Source: an uncultured bacterium
GTDB taxonomy: Bacteria; Zixibacteria; MSB-5A5; CAIYYT01
Direction of reading: 5' to 3'
Length of the DNA stretch: 64,000 bases
NCBI GenBank assembly: GCA_963726455.1
Contig: CAVSCK010000004.1
Coordinates: 1,344,001 to 1,408,000 of the forward strand
A model generated the notes under the pieces. That model saw only the letters and a list, made by a program, of their open reading frames with translations, made no database searches and was not told where the DNA came from. The position numbers and the translations under genes are program-made. Shown here piece after piece: positions 37,917 to 48,917 of the stretch; within the stretch, counting starts at the first letter, position 1; each line of letters opens with the position of its first letter.

Positions 37917-39113
37917 TCACTTCCTGTCCGTTAGTGCCGCCACTCCGGGCAGCACCTTGCCTTCAAGGAATTCCAAAGACGCACCGCCACCGGTGGAAAC
38001 ATGCGAGAACTTGTCCTCCAGTCCCGCCTTGGCGACCGCGGCCGCAGAATCACCGCCACCGACGATCGTAATCGCACCGGCTCCGGTCAAGTCTGCCAGT
38101 ACCTGCGCCATTTTCATCGTGCCGACCGCGAACTTCTCGTTTTCGAATACGCCCATCGGTCCGTTCCAGACTACGGTCTTGCAACCAGCCAACTCCGACG
38201 CAAACAGCTTGATTGTCTCGGGGCCGATATCAAGTCCCTTCAGATTGGCGGGAATTTTACCTGCCGGACAATTTGTCACTTGGACTGAATCGGAGATTTC
38301 CGGGGCGCAGGCGAAATCAACCGGAAGGATCAGCTTTACATTCTTGGACACTGCTTGTTTAAGCACGTCACCGGCTAGCTCAACTTTGTCGGCTTCCAAA
38401 AGTGAACCACCGATTTCCTGTCCTTGCGCTTTCTCGAATGTGAACGCCATCCCGCCGCCGATAATGATTTTGTCAACTTTACCAAGCAGGTTGGTGATGA
38501 CATCGATCTTGCCGGAAATTTTGGCGCCGCCCAGAAGAGCCACGAAAGGCCGCTGGGGATTCGCCAGCGCGTTACCCAGGTAGTCGAGTTCCTTTTTCAT
38601 CAGGTAGCCCGCCGCGGACTGATCGAAGTAGCGTGTCACACCCTCGGTCGAAGCATGCGCACGATGGGCGGTGCCGAAAGCATCGTTGATATAGACATCG
38701 CCCAGGTATGCGAGTTTCTGCGCGAATTCAGGATTGTTCTCTTCTTCCTCAGGATGGAACCGCAGATTCTCAAGCAAAAGAATCTCACCGTTCTTGAGGT
38801 TTGCCGCCGCCTGTTCAGCTTCCGGGCCGATGCAATCGTTGACGAAGTAAACCTTGTGGCCGCTCAGCTTTTCCAAAATACTCGCCACCGGCTTAAGACT
38901 CATTTTGGGAACTACCTGCCCGTCAGGCCGGCCCAGATGCGACATCAGTATGAGCTTGCCGCCTGACTGCACGACCTTGTTGATCGAAGGCAAAGATGCT
39001 CTGATGCGCAAGTCGTCTTTGACCACGCCGTCCTTCAACGGGACATTGAAGTCGACCCGCATCAGAACCTTGCGGCCCGCCAATTGCAAATCGTCAATCG
39101 TTAGCTTGTTCAT
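37917..39113 (-). CDS. pgk: Phosphoglycerate kinase
   Basis: [32 protein letters not shown] and [13 protein letters not shown] motifs. Confidence 0.98.
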   Translation of the reverse strand: MNKLTIDDLQLAGRKVLMRVDFNVPLKDGVVKDDLRIRASLPSINKVVQSGGKLILMSHLGRPDGQVVPKMSLKPVASILEKLSGHKVYFVNDCIGPEAEQAAANLKNGEILLLENLRFHPEEEENNPEFAQKLAYLGDVYINDAFGTAHRAHASTEGVTRYFDQSAAGYLMKKELDYLGNALANPQRPFVALLGGAKISGKIDVITNLLGKVDKIIIGGGMAFTFEKAQGQEIGGSLLEADKVELAGDVLKQAVSKNVKLILPVDFACAPEISDSVQVTNCPAGKIPANLKGLDIGPETIKLFASELAGCKTVVWNGPMGVFENEKFAVGTMKMAQVLADLTGAGAITIVGGGDSAAAVAKAGLEDKFSHVSTGGGASLEFLEGKVLPGVAALTDRK

Positions 39114-39114
39114 A

Positions 39115-40107
39115 CTACATCATCCGCTCCAAAGCGTCGACCATGCGGCAGGAGAATCCCCACTCGTTGTCGTACCAGGAGAACACCTTCGCAAACTGGC
39201 CGTTGGCCTGTGTCATCAACGAGTCGAACACGGAGGAATGTGTGTTGCCGACCACGTCAATCGACACCAGCGGTTCCTCGGTGTACTCCAGGATGCCTTT
39301 CAGCGGACCTGCCGCGGCGGCTTTGATAGCGCTGTTGATTGATTCCCTGGTGACTTCTTTTCTCAACCAGACTGCAAGATCAATCAGCGAACCATCCGGG
39401 GTCGGCACGCGCACGGAGCAGCCGTCCATCCGACCCTTCATCTCCGGGATAACTTCGGCGATGGCTTTGGCGGCGCCGGTGGTAGTCGGAATCATCGACA
39501 TCGAGGCGGCACGCGCACGGCGCAAATCTTTATGCGGAAGATCGAGAATTCGTTGATCGTTGGTGAAGGCATGAATCGTGGTCATGAAACCCTTTTCGAT
39601 ACCGAAGGTGTCGTTGAGCACTTTGACCACAGGCGCGAGGCCGTTAGTGGTGCAGGAGCCGATCGAGATAATGTTGTGTTTGGCTTTGTCGTATTGATCG
39701 AAATTGACACCGAACACGAAGGTACCGTCAGGCTGCTTCGCAGGTGCGGATATCAAAACCTTCTTTGCGCCCGCCGCCAGATGTTTTTCGGCGCCGGCAC
39801 GGTCGGTGAATTTGCCCGTCGATTCTACAACTACCTGCGCGCCACTACCACCGTGATTCAATTTGGCGGGATCAAGTTCTTTCGTGATCTTGATTGTCTT
39901 GCCGTTGATGACGAGATTCTCGCCTTCAACCTTCACTTCGCCTTTGAACTTCCCGTGAATGGAATCATACTTGAATAAGTGCGCTAGCGTCGGCGCATCG
40001 GTGATATCGTTGATCGTGACGAACTCCAATTTGCCCGAGCCGATCGCTATTCTGATTATCTGTCTGCCAATTCTGCCAAAACCATTGATCGCAATCTTGG
40101 TTGCCAT
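39115..40107 (-). CDS. gap: Type I glyceraldehyde-3-phosphate dehydrogenase
   Basis: [24 protein letters not shown] and WYDNEWG motifs. Confidence 0.98.
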   Translation of the reverse strand: MATKIAINGFGRIGRQIIRIAIGSGKLEFVTINDITDAPTLAHLFKYDSIHGKFKGEVKVEGENLVINGKTIKITKELDPAKLNHGGSGAQVVVESTGKFTDRAGAEKHLAAGAKKVLISAPAKQPDGTFVFGVNFDQYDKAKHNIISIGSCTTNGLAPVVKVLNDTFGIEKGFMTTIHAFTNDQRILDLPHKDLRRARAASMSMIPTTTGAAKAIAEVIPEMKGRMDGCSVRVPTPDGSLIDLAVWLRKEVTRESINSAIKAAAAGPLKGILEYTEEPLVSIDVVGNTHSSVFDSLMTQANGQFAKVFSWYDNEWGFSCRMVDALERMM

Positions 40108-40120
40108 GAGGTCTCCCTTC

Positions 40121-40531
40121 CTATTTTTTCTTATGGAGCTTGAAATATCCTATACCGACAGTAATCTGCACGCCGGAGTAATCCTTGATTCCGGCGATGT
40201 AGTCCGAAAACTGGGTTCTAATATACTTGACCATGAAATCAAGTTGAATGCTCTCCGAAAGTGGAATCTCGCTACCGACACCGAGCCACCAGTTGAAATT
40301 GGTCGATGAACGCACGGAGCCGTTTTCCAGAGGGGTATAATAGGCAACATTGTTGCCAATCTCGGCTGTTTCGCGGCCGACGATCAGCGCCCCGCCACCT
40401 TCGATAAATGGCATGTTACGGATCGGGAAACGCGCCATGAAAGGCGATAATTTCAGTCCGACTTGTATTGGATAGACAATCGCCTGCCCGACGAAGGTTC
40501 CGTAGTAGGTTGAATCGTTGATAAAGGTCAA
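40121..40531 (-). CDS. Outer-membrane beta-barrel protein, C-terminal part (frameshift near 40524)
   Basis: PFIEGGG, LGVGSEIPL...QLDFMVKY and GVQITVGIGYF strands. No signal peptide of its own. Confidence 0.65.
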   Translation of the reverse strand: MTFINDSTYYGTFVGQAIVYPIQVGLKLSPFMARFPIRNMPFIEGGGALIVGRETAEIGNNVAYYTPLENGSVRSSTNFNWWLGVGSEIPLSESIQLDFMVKYIRTQFSDYIAGIKDYSGVQITVGIGYFKLHKKK

Positions 40532-40799
40532 AGCGAATGTCCCCCTTCGAGTAGCTGGCGAGATTGGCCACCAGCGCCAGATAATCGGTGACGTAGTAAT
40601 TTACGTAGGCCTCAATGTATATCACATTGCGGTTGGCGAATACCTGAACGTCGCTTTTGGATAGGTCTATTTGATTGTGGCTTTGATCGTAGAAACCCAG
40701 GCGTATCCCGACCCCGGACGTTCCCTTTGGCTGACCCCCGAAAGCGCCAATCGACAACAGGAGGATTATTCCTGCGGTCGCCAGCGTGCGTCTAGCCAA
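40416..40799 (-). CDS. Outer-membrane beta-barrel protein, N-terminal part (frameshift near 40524)
   Basis: Signal peptide, then GVGIRLGFY and IEAYVNYYV strands. Sense is lost after GDIRFDL, at the TTT run. Confidence 0.65.
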   Translation of the reverse strand: MARRTLATAGIILLLSIGAFGGQPKGTSGVGIRLGFYDQSHNQIDLSKSDVQVFANRNVIYIEAYVNYYVTDYLALVANLASYSKGDIRFDLYQRFNLLRNLRRAGDCLSNTSRTEIIAFHGAFPDP

Positions 40800-41844
40800 T
40801 ATACTCCTCCGCCATCTCGATCATGCGGTCGTCAACTTTCTTGAGGCAATATACGGCCTCCGTCAGTTCAACACCAATGATTTCGTTGCCGCGCAACGCC
40901 ACCATTTGGCCAAATTTGTCCTGCGCAATCAGATCGACCGCCGCCGAGCCATACCGCGTTGCCAGGACGCGATCAAACGCGGTCGGCGAACCACCACGCT
41001 GGATGTGGCCGAGAATAACAGCCCGCGTCTCAAATTCCGTACGCTTTTCGATTTGTTCAGCCATCAAGGTTGCTATTCCGCCAAGACGGACATGACCGAA
41101 CTGGTCTACCTTCATGTCCTGCACGATCAGCGTGCCGTCATCGTTTACTCCCTCGTCAAAGGAGACTTTCGCTCCCTCGGAAACGACGATGATAGAGAAG
41201 TCCTTACCACGACCGTGGCGATGGCGAATCAAGTCGCAAACTCTCTCAATGGTTACCGGCCGCTCGGGAATCAAAATGACATCGCCACCTCCAGCCAAGC
41301 CTGCATAGAGAGCAATCCAGCCCGTGTGGCGTCCCATCACCTCGCAGATCAATACCCGGTTATGGGATTCGGCGGTGGTGTGCAGCCGGTCAATCGCTTC
41401 CATCGCAGTATTGACTGCCGTATCGAATCCGAAAGTCTGGTCAGTGCCGGACAAATCGTTATCTATGGTTTTGGGAACGCCGACGACCTTGACACCCTGA
41501 TCTGCAAGTTTCTTGGCAACGCCGAGCGTGTCCTCGCCGCCAATAGCTACCAGGCAATCGATATGAAGCTTCCTCAGATTCTTGGCCAGTTGTTCGGCGC
41601 TCGTGCCGTTGCGCAGCGGATTCGTTCGCGAGGTTTTGAGTATGGTGCCTCCGCGATGCATGATGCCGGAGACATCATTGATCCCGAGAACTTGTATCTT
41701 GGGTTCCGCCAGCAGGCCTTTCCAGCCCTCGCGGATACCAATGATCTCCCAATGATGTTTATTTATGCCTTTGCGGACGACTGCGCGAATTACAGCATTC
41801 AATCCGGGGCAGTCACCACCGCCTGTCAGCACTCCAACTCTCAA
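40792..41844 (-). CDS. pfkA: 6-phosphofructokinase (PfkA family, mixed-substrate group III-like)
   Basis: LTGGGDCPGLN, GGEDT, PKTIDND, EVMGR and LGHIQRGG motifs. Confidence 0.95.
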   Translation of the reverse strand: MRVGVLTGGGDCPGLNAVIRAVVRKGINKHHWEIIGIREGWKGLLAEPKIQVLGINDVSGIMHRGGTILKTSRTNPLRNGTSAEQLAKNLRKLHIDCLVAIGGEDTLGVAKKLADQGVKVVGVPKTIDNDLSGTDQTFGFDTAVNTAMEAIDRLHTTAESHNRVLICEVMGRHTGWIALYAGLAGGGDVILIPERPVTIERVCDLIRHRHGRGKDFSIIVVSEGAKVSFDEGVNDDGTLIVQDMKVDQFGHVRLGGIATLMAEQIEKRTEFETRAVILGHIQRGGSPTAFDRVLATRYGSAAVDLIAQDKFGQMVALRGNEIIGVELTEAVYCLKKVDDRMIEMAEEYIG

Positions 41845-41895
41845 ATGTCACCTCCAAATGGTTGCATAAAGCTATATCGGCAGCCGAGTTGAACT

Positions 41896-43734
41896 TCAAT
41901 ACAACTCATTCAGCATCAACTTCACTTTAATGACCTGGTTCTCTCGTTGAACCTCAATTTCTACAATGTTGCCGCGCCTTCCGTTCAGGAGATGATCGAT
42001 CTGTTCAAGCAACATATTTTTCGCGTCGTAGCCGTCAACAGACACAATTACGTCGCCGGGCAAGAGAAAACCATCCGCGGAACGTCCGGGAAGCACCCTC
42101 GACACGACAATATCATTTAGCACGCGGCTGAATTCCAAGCCGGCCATATTCCCCGGCCGTTCGCTTCCTGCGGGCGCGGCAATCTTCCTGAAATACGCAG
42201 CTTCCCGCCCGTAATCGAAAGTGACGGCAAATCGTTTCAGAACCGCCGCCCCGATATTTCCGGCGGTGTTCGGACCGGCAAAGATCCCTTCGGCAGAAGA
42301 TGAGTAACTTACGAAGAGACTATCGATTCTGTTTCCGCACAACTGCAACGACGGCAGGACGCCCAGCTTTCCTGCTGCTCCACCGCCGATGCCGACGCTG
42401 GTCACGGGCGTGTAGTTCGCTGAGTCACCGCTGACAAGTTTGTGCGCCTGAACAAAAGGTGAATTGAAGTCGATCGTTGACCCGGAACCGGTGTCGAGGC
42501 GAAAGCGGCCACTGATAGAATCATTTATGACGGCATCGACATAAGGCACGCGAAAGTCAATCGTCGCGGGACACCTGTCACCCCAATAATCGCGCGGTGT
42601 CAGATCGCGGCGATAAAGTGTCAAGGTGTGCGATTCATAGTCCACCCGAGACACGTAACGGCTTAACAAGTCGTAGCCGACAACGCCGTCTATCTTCTTG
42701 GTGCCGGCAGCTTCGATCGAGCCGAAATCCACGGCGAAGCCCGATAGATTCGAAATTTGTAAGTCGCCGATTGTGAGTGAATCAATCCGGAATACCTCGG
42801 CGGAGTCTGCCCCTCCAACTCCTCTGGCTTCGGTCGCGCCAAGGCGCTCCAGCCCGAGAGAGGAAATCAATCGTTTGTTGAGGCCGGTGCCACCAGCGCC
42901 GGTGTCGAAGATGAATTCAAATGGTCCCTTGCCGTTGATGAGCACCTTCACGTAAGCATGATTGCGGAACAACTCAAAGGGCACGGAAACAGAGTCAACA
43001 CCCTTGGGCAAACCACTTTCATCAACCGAAGCGGTTTGTCGCACAAATAGAGTATCTGATAGTGGAATGTTAAGCTTCACATCTTTCACAATGCTAACGG
43101 CCGAAATGAAACCCGCGTCGGACATTTCCCGGTTGCGGAATGGTATCAGTATGCCAGCGACAGGGCGATAGTCACTCATGCGCGTGAAAACCTCTCCCAT
43201 TTCGGTGGTCATGGCGACCTGTCTAGGGAGAAAGCTGGCCTGATCGACAAACAGCCGCGCGGGTGCGCCGCCTTTGGGCTCGATCTTTATTACGTAACAT
43301 TCAAAGCTGTCAATTTTCTGTGTGCCGTCGAGCAACGAGAGGACACCATTGAAAGTGGCTGAATCGGTGTAGTCCCATTTGTCAATTACCGACTGTGTCA
43401 CCAGCATTCGTTTGAGGTCGGCCCCTAAGGAATGCACCAAACCCTGATTGTCCTTCATCCAGCAATCATCGCCGCTGCAACCCTGGCTGTAACCCATCAT
43501 CGGCAGGGACAAATCGACGCGGTATTTGTCGGGAGCTTGAAAGTAGGTGGCGGCATTTCCTTTCATTCCGCCGACTTCAATATCGGCCGTAACGGCGTAA
43601 GACGTGATGCCACGCAGCTTGGCCAAACCGCCCAAAGCGTCGGCTTCTTTCTTGAGAACTTCCTGTAACGTGAGACCTGCGAGCGAAGAGCAAGAAAAGG
43701 CAATCAGAAATAGCAGCTGAAACATTCTTGTCAT
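41896..43734 (-). CDS. Secreted aspartyl protease family protein (two retropepsin-like domains plus PDZ, with an N-terminal LolA-like domain)
   Basis: FIFDTGA...DGVVGYDLL and FRLDTGS...GNIGAAVL pairs; PDZ segment PGDVIVSVDG. Confidence 0.85.
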   Translation of the reverse strand: MTRMFQLLFLIAFSCSSLAGLTLQEVLKKEADALGGLAKLRGITSYAVTADIEVGGMKGNAATYFQAPDKYRVDLSLPMMGYSQGCSGDDCWMKDNQGLVHSLGADLKRMLVTQSVIDKWDYTDSATFNGVLSLLDGTQKIDSFECYVIKIEPKGGAPARLFVDQASFLPRQVAMTTEMGEVFTRMSDYRPVAGILIPFRNREMSDAGFISAVSIVKDVKLNIPLSDTLFVRQTASVDESGLPKGVDSVSVPFELFRNHAYVKVLINGKGPFEFIFDTGAGGTGLNKRLISSLGLERLGATEARGVGGADSAEVFRIDSLTIGDLQISNLSGFAVDFGSIEAAGTKKIDGVVGYDLLSRYVSRVDYESHTLTLYRRDLTPRDYWGDRCPATIDFRVPYVDAVINDSISGRFRLDTGSGSTIDFNSPFVQAHKLVSGDSANYTPVTSVGIGGGAAGKLGVLPSLQLCGNRIDSLFVSYSSSAEGIFAGPNTAGNIGAAVLKRFAVTFDYGREAAYFRKIAAPAGSERPGNMAGLEFSRVLNDIVVSRVLPGRSADGFLLPGDVIVSVDGYDAKNMLLEQIDHLLNGRRGNIVEIEVQRENQVIKVKLMLNELY

Positions 43735-43839
43735 GACATCCCTATCTGTAAATTGATCCTGGCGACACTCTGTCAATTTGTACGAAGCAGCGGCACCTGT
43801 GATTCACGTTATCTTGGCGGGCTCGACAACAATCAACCG

Positions 43840-44568
43840 TTATACTGCTCTCGAACGCAGACGCCCACGAAATCGGGACAATTCTTCAGGCACATTGGTA
43901 ATGATCCCCGACACCCCAAAACTCGCCAGTTTCTCTGCCGTCACAATGTCGTCCACCGTCCACACGGCAACATCAAAACCGTTCTCCAATAACTTGGCGA
44001 CCAGGCGTGGTTTGGCAATTCGGGCGGACAGATGCGCGGCAACGCAGTCGAGCTTGGTCAGCCGCTTGACGATGTAAGATGCAATACTGAGTTTGATTTT
44101 GAGGTTTCTGACCGGCCCCAGTATCAGCGCCGTTTTCGCCGACGGGTGCAATGACTTGACTCGGGAGAGTATGCGCGCATCGAATGATGAAAAGATAATG
44201 TTGGCTTTTCGGGCATGGCGCGAAACCAGCCGCAGTATGTCGCCCTCGATGCCTGTTGATTTGATATCGAGGACTATCTGTGCTTTGCCGGCAAATTCAG
44301 CCAGAAAGTCATCAAACCGCAGAATCCGTTCTTGCTCTGCCATTCGGAGACCTTCTAGTTGCCCGGAACTCGTTCTCTGGAAATAGCCGGTGCCATCGGT
44401 GAGCCGGCTTAAATGGTGGTCGTGAAAGCAATAGATAACGCCGTTGCTGGAGCAGCGGAGGTCGACCTCAAGAGAATCGGCCCCGTGCGCCACTGCATTT
44501 CGAAAGGCACTTAAGCTGTTTTCGGGGAAGGCCCGTGACGAACCCCGATGAGCGATGATGCGCACCAT
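43840..44568 (-). CDS. Glycerophosphodiester phosphodiesterase
   Basis: IIAHRG...PENSLSAF, LEVDL, FHD, WTVD and GIITN.P motifs. Confidence 0.92.
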   Translation of the reverse strand: MVRIIAHRGSSRAFPENSLSAFRNAVAHGADSLEVDLRCSSNGVIYCFHDHHLSRLTDGTGYFQRTSSGQLEGLRMAEQERILRFDDFLAEFAGKAQIVLDIKSTGIEGDILRLVSRHARKANIIFSSFDARILSRVKSLHPSAKTALILGPVRNLKIKLSIASYIVKRLTKLDCVAAHLSARIAKPRLVAKLLENGFDVAVWTVDDIVTAEKLASFGVSGIITNVPEELSRFRGRLRSRAV

Positions 44569-44675
44569 TTCCCGCGATGATAGCAGATAAATATTGATAA
44601 TTCAACAAGAGACTTATATTTTGTGCCCAGCTAACCTGTTGTCGGAATTGGTAATTTGGGAGTTAGGCGACCGAG

Positions 44676-45413
44676 ATGAAGGGAGTTGTGCTCGCAGGCG
44701 GACTTGGCACGCGTCTGTATCCTTTGACGAAAGTCACCAACAAGCATCTGCTTCCCATTTATGACCAGCCGATGATCTACTATCCCATCCGCACACTCGT
44801 CCGCGCTGGAATTACGGATATTATGATCGTCACCGGCGGAAATCACGCCGGCGAATTTCTGCGCCTGCTCGGCAATGGCAAGGAGTTTGGCCTAAATCGA
44901 CTGCACTTCGCTTATCAAGAGGGCGAGGAGGGCATCGCCAAAGCGCTGTCATTAGCGAGAGCATTTGTCGACGACGACCAGGTGTGCACGATTCTGGGCG
45001 ATAATATTCTTGAGGACGACATCGCCCCACAGGTCAAGACGTTCGCGGAGAGCGGCATGGGCGCCCGCCTTTTTCTCAAGCAAATAGACGACCCTCAGCG
45101 ATTCGGTGTCGCCGTATTCGATGAAGAACGCCGTCTGATTGGTGTCGAAGAGAAACCAGCTAAGCCGAAATCCAATTACGCGGTAATTGGCGTATATCTT
45201 TACAACGCCAGTGTGTTCGAGATAATCGACACGCTGACGCCGTCACAACGCAAAGAATATGAAATCACTGACGTGTCAAATCATTACATCCGCCAGGGAT
45301 TAGCCGATTATCATATTATATCCGGGTGGTGGAGCGATGCCGGAACTTTCGAATCGCTATATCGCGCCGGAACTCTCGTAAGAGAAGAGACGCTTAATTC
45401 AGCGAAGGGATGA
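44676..45413 (+). CDS. rmlA: Glucose-1-phosphate thymidylyltransferase (short RmlA/SpsI type)
   Basis: LAGGLGTRLYPLT...NKHLLPIYD.PMIYYP, LGDN, EKP, EITD and W.DAGT motifs. Confidence 0.92.
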   Translation: MKGVVLAGGLGTRLYPLTKVTNKHLLPIYDQPMIYYPIRTLVRAGITDIMIVTGGNHAGEFLRLLGNGKEFGLNRLHFAYQEGEEGIAKALSLARAFVDDDQVCTILGDNILEDDIAPQVKTFAESGMGARLFLKQIDDPQRFGVAVFDEERRLIGVEEKPAKPKSNYAVIGVYLYNASVFEIIDTLTPSQRKEYEITDVSNHYIRQGLADYHIISGWWSDAGTFESLYRAGTLVREETLNSAKG

Positions 45414-45417
45414 GGAC

Positions 45418-45873
45418 GTGATTTCAGGAGTAAAAGTTAAGGAACTGAAACTGCACTGTGATGAACGGGGCAGACTATTTGAGATTTTGCGCTCTGACGA
45501 GAGCCAGTTCGCCGGCTTTGGACAGGCCTATATAACCACGTGCTTTCCGGGTGTCGTCAAGGCGTGGCATCTGCACAAACTGCAGATTGACAATCTTTGC
45601 GTCATCAGGGGATCGGGCAAGCTTGTACTCTATGACTCGCGAGATGGCTCGCCTACCAAGGGAGAAATCAACGAGCTCTTTCCCTGCGATGAAAGGCGAC
45701 TCCTGATCCAGATTCCGCCCGGCATTTATCATGGTTTCAAGAACATCGGAACCGACGAACTGATGATTCTCAATATTCCGTCACAGCCATACAACTACGA
45801 AAAGCCGGACGAGTATCGCCTCGACCCACACGGCTCGGACATTCCCTACGATTGGTCCCGCAAGGATGGCTAA
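45418..45873 (+). CDS. rmlC: dTDP-4-dehydrorhamnose 3,5-epimerase family protein
   Basis: DERG...E, PGVVKAWHLH and IPPGIYHGF motifs; operon context. Confidence 0.9.
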   Translation: MISGVKVKELKLHCDERGRLFEILRSDESQFAGFGQAYITTCFPGVVKAWHLHKLQIDNLCVIRGSGKLVLYDSRDGSPTKGEINELFPCDERRLLIQIPPGIYHGFKNIGTDELMILNIPSQPYNYEKPDEYRLDPHGSDIPYDWSRKDG

Positions 45874-46873
45874 GCAGTTCCTGATCTGTGGCGGCTGCGG
45901 ATTCATCGGCTCAAATTTCACCAGACATCTTCGCACAACCTATCCCGATGCAATCATTGCCGTCGTAGATGCGCTCACTTACGCGGGCTCGCTGGACAAC
46001 CTGGGCGAACTGTACCGCTCTAAGTCCGTCAGTGTTACGGAATTGGATATTTGCGACATTGGCATGTTGTCGGAGATCAAGAATGTCCACTTCGATCTGG
46101 TCGTCAATTTCGCCGCCGAGACACATGTCGATCGTTCGCTGTACTACACGGCGAAATTTGTGAAGACGAATGTTCTTGGCACCGATGCCGTCCTGTCGTT
46201 CTGCCGCGATACCGAGAGTCCCCTGCTGCAAATTTCGACGGATGAAGTCTATGGTCCTGCCGGAGACGGAGAGTCATTCTCGGAATCATCTCCGCTCAAT
46301 CCAACCAGTCCCTATGCGGCGAGCAAGGCGGCTGCGGATTTGATGGTGCTGTCAGCAATCAAGACTTTCGGACAAAGTGCGTGTATCGTGCGAACGACCA
46401 ACAACTACGGCCCAAGGCAGTTTCCCGAGAAACTGATACCCTACTTTATTCATCTTGCGCGTTGTGGCAAGCCGCTGCCGGTTTATGGCGACGGAAAGCA
46501 GCGACGGTCGTGGCTATATGTCGACGACTTCTGTAGTGCTCTCCTGAAGCTGATCAGCGCTTTTCCAGCCGGTGAGATTATCAACATTGGCGCGTCGGGA
46601 GAAAGCACGAATCTGGACTTGGTGCAGCAATTGGTTGCATTGCTTGGAAGCGACACCAGGATCGAACATGTCACTGACCGCCCGGCACACGATCGCCGCT
46701 ATAGTCTTAACTCCAGCAAGTATGTGCAACGTTTTGGAGCGATACCGGAGCGCGAACTAGCCGCCGGATTGCGGCAAACCGTAGATTGGTATCTCGAGAG
46801 CGAGCAGATATTCAGTCGCCTTCGGGCTTCTGACGTAACAACCTTCCACGACAAACACTACCGGCAGAGATAA
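45866..46873 (+). CDS. rmlB: dTDP-glucose 4,6-dehydratase
   Basis: GGCGFIGSNF, DALTYAG, FAAETHVDRS, ISTDEVYG, PYAASKA and NNYGPRQFPEKLIP motifs. Confidence 0.94.
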   Translation: MAKQFLICGGCGFIGSNFTRHLRTTYPDAIIAVVDALTYAGSLDNLGELYRSKSVSVTELDICDIGMLSEIKNVHFDLVVNFAAETHVDRSLYYTAKFVKTNVLGTDAVLSFCRDTESPLLQISTDEVYGPAGDGESFSESSPLNPTSPYAASKAAADLMVLSAIKTFGQSACIVRTTNNYGPRQFPEKLIPYFIHLARCGKPLPVYGDGKQRRSWLYVDDFCSALLKLISAFPAGEIINIGASGESTNLDLVQQLVALLGSDTRIEHVTDRPAHDRRYSLNSSKYVQRFGAIPERELAAGLRQTVDWYLESEQIFSRLRASDVTTFHDKHYRQR

Positions 46874-47739
46874 TGGCATCGCGAGTTCTTGTCACCGGCG
46901 CGGCTGGATTGCTCGGCTCAACACTTCTGAAACTAATGCCTCGGGGCGTTACCGTTGACGCCACGTTTCTCAGCAGACCGCTGTCGATTCACACTGGAGG
47001 CGAATCTTTTCAGATCGACCTGAGCGATGCCGAGGCGACGATGGCGCTACTCAAGAATAATCGTTACGATTTGGTGATCAACTGCGCGGGAGCTTCAGAT
47101 GTGGATCGTTGCGAGGTCGACCACTATTTCGCAATGCGGAATAACATTCTGGTATCGGCCAATATCGCCGCCAGCGCCTGGGAGTCAGGATTCCGGCTGA
47201 TCCATGTGTCTTCCGATTATGTTTTTGACGGTGAGCACGGCCCCCACCTCGAAAATGAATCTGCCAATCCAATCAATTTCTATGGGCTATCCAAATTGCG
47301 GGCGGAAGAAGCCGTCGCAGCATCAAGGGCAAACGCTTGCGTAGTCCGGGTCTGTGCACTCTACTCCGTCGAAAATGCAGCGCCACGGAATCTGCTTCGT
47401 GGCATCACTGAAAGGTTATCAAGCAGAAATACGTACCATGCCGCGGATGATCTTTTCAACAACCCGACTGAAGTCTCCGACCTCGCGGCAGCAATTTGGA
47501 AGCTGGCCCAAGTTGACGATCTCCCCAGGGTACTTCACCTTGCCGGACCCGATCATTTGTCACGGTACGATTTCGCCGTGCGCGTGGCGGATAAATGGGG
47601 ATACGACAAAAGTCTGGTCGAACGAATCAAGATCGCGAGTTTGAACCTTCCCGCAAAACGACCGCTTCAGGCGGGGCTCAAATCTGAGCACGCAGCAAGG
47701 ATCATTGATTATAGGATGAGATCGCTCTCCGAATTCTGA
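46873..47739 (+). CDS. rmlD: dTDP-4-dehydrorhamnose reductase
   Basis: TGAAGLLG, VDRCE, SSDYVFDG and P.NFYG.SK..AE motifs. Confidence 0.9.
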   Translation: MASRVLVTGAAGLLGSTLLKLMPRGVTVDATFLSRPLSIHTGGESFQIDLSDAEATMALLKNNRYDLVINCAGASDVDRCEVDHYFAMRNNILVSANIAASAWESGFRLIHVSSDYVFDGEHGPHLENESANPINFYGLSKLRAEEAVAASRANACVVRVCALYSVENAAPRNLLRGITERLSSRNTYHAADDLFNNPTEVSDLAAAIWKLAQVDDLPRVLHLAGPDHLSRYDFAVRVADKWGYDKSLVERIKIASLNLPAKRPLQAGLKSEHAARIIDYRMRSLSEF

Positions 47740-47788
47740 CCCGTTAATTTTCGCGGTCGAATAGTACCCGTGGAAATCAAGAAGCTAC

Positions 47789-48901
47789 TTATAAGTGAAT
47801 CGGTCCGTCACCGTCGCCGCGATTAAGATGAGTGACGCCGAGTGTCTCAGCCAGCGGTCCCAACCGGGCGGCTAATTGTGGTGATACCGCGAAAACGAAA
47901 TTGGACGGTCCCAAGAGGAATCCCAAATGTTCGAACGCGCGACACCATGTCGAATTAGACTGGTTGGTGACGATCAAGTCCGGCTTCTCCCCGGCCAACA
48001 TCGAAAGGCAGCCACTGAGCGTCATTCTTTCATAGCCGGCAAGCGACAGGCAGTCAACCACGGAAGCTACCTTCATATTGCCGAAAAACTTGTGGTTCGA
48101 CATCTGAGTCACGAGCGACACTGTCCAGCCGACAGTCCGTCCGTCTGAAGTCTCTCTTGTCTTCTTAAATCTGTTGTCGCTCTCGGGATAGAGGATATCC
48201 ATTACTTCGCCGTCGCGAATGGCCGACATGACAAAATTGCTCCGTGCATCCTGCCAGAGTCGATCGGCCCAGGATTCAAATGGTCCGATGTTTGCTGCTG
48301 CATGGGCACGCAAACCCAGCAACCGGCGCTGAAGCAACTGCCTGAATTTGATCATCGCCCAGCCAATTCCGCTCAGGGCAAGTGTGTCGAGCAGAAGCCG
48401 GCGGAAAGGCGTGCTGCGCAGGAAGCTGATTTGGCGCAGAAATTTTGCCGGTCGCAGAACTTTGAAATAGAACGGCACCAAAACCATTTCCCATCCCATC
48501 CCCTGCAATAACCTGGTGATCGGCTGCTCATAACCGCCGAGGCCAAGACAGTACAAGAGCGGCTGACGGCGGATCGCGTCGCTGAGCAGACTCAGCGCGA
48601 CATATCCAAAGCGCGTGTCGATGATTCCTTCCGAGATCGGCAACTGGTAATTGCCAATGTCAACGCGCTCGCCTCGCAATTCGAACTGCTGATGCTTGAG
48701 AATGTATCCGCCCCTGACAATGTCACCATCCATCGCCAGGAAATATTCCTGATAGATTTCCCGGTTTCCAACTTTAGGCAACCAATTCGGCGCCTCAGTC
48801 TCAGGGAACCGCATGGTGATTCCCTTGGCACTAAGGCGTTGGTTAAACTGCTTGACGGCATCGATGTGTTTGTGCTCGTATGGAACAATCGCGATGGGCA
48901 C
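47789..48901 (-). CDS. Hypothetical protein, possibly with a GNAT-like acyltransferase fold
   Basis: 370-aa ORF that ends the ACP-FkbH operon. The GNAT-like call is a weak impression only. Confidence 0.55.
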   Translation of the reverse strand: MPIAIVPYEHKHIDAVKQFNQRLSAKGITMRFPETEAPNWLPKVGNREIYQEYFLAMDGDIVRGGYILKHQQFELRGERVDIGNYQLPISEGIIDTRFGYVALSLLSDAIRRQPLLYCLGLGGYEQPITRLLQGMGWEMVLVPFYFKVLRPAKFLRQISFLRSTPFRRLLLDTLALSGIGWAMIKFRQLLQRRLLGLRAHAAANIGPFESWADRLWQDARSNFVMSAIRDGEVMDILYPESDNRFKKTRETSDGRTVGWTVSLVTQMSNHKFFGNMKVASVVDCLSLAGYERMTLSGCLSMLAGEKPDLIVTNQSNSTWCRAFEHLGFLLGPSNFVFAVSPQLAARLGPLAETLGVTHLNRGDGDGPIHL

Positions 48902-48917
48902 GCTGATGGCCTCTTTC

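Noticed and set aside
40416-40531. Phase-variable outer-membrane protein
   Set aside because: The break is at a run of only three T, too short for a contingency tract, so it is likely a read error.
40786-41892. 368-aa plus-strand ORF antisense to pfkA
   Set aside because: Shadow ORF from codon bias of a conserved gene, with no recognisable motifs.
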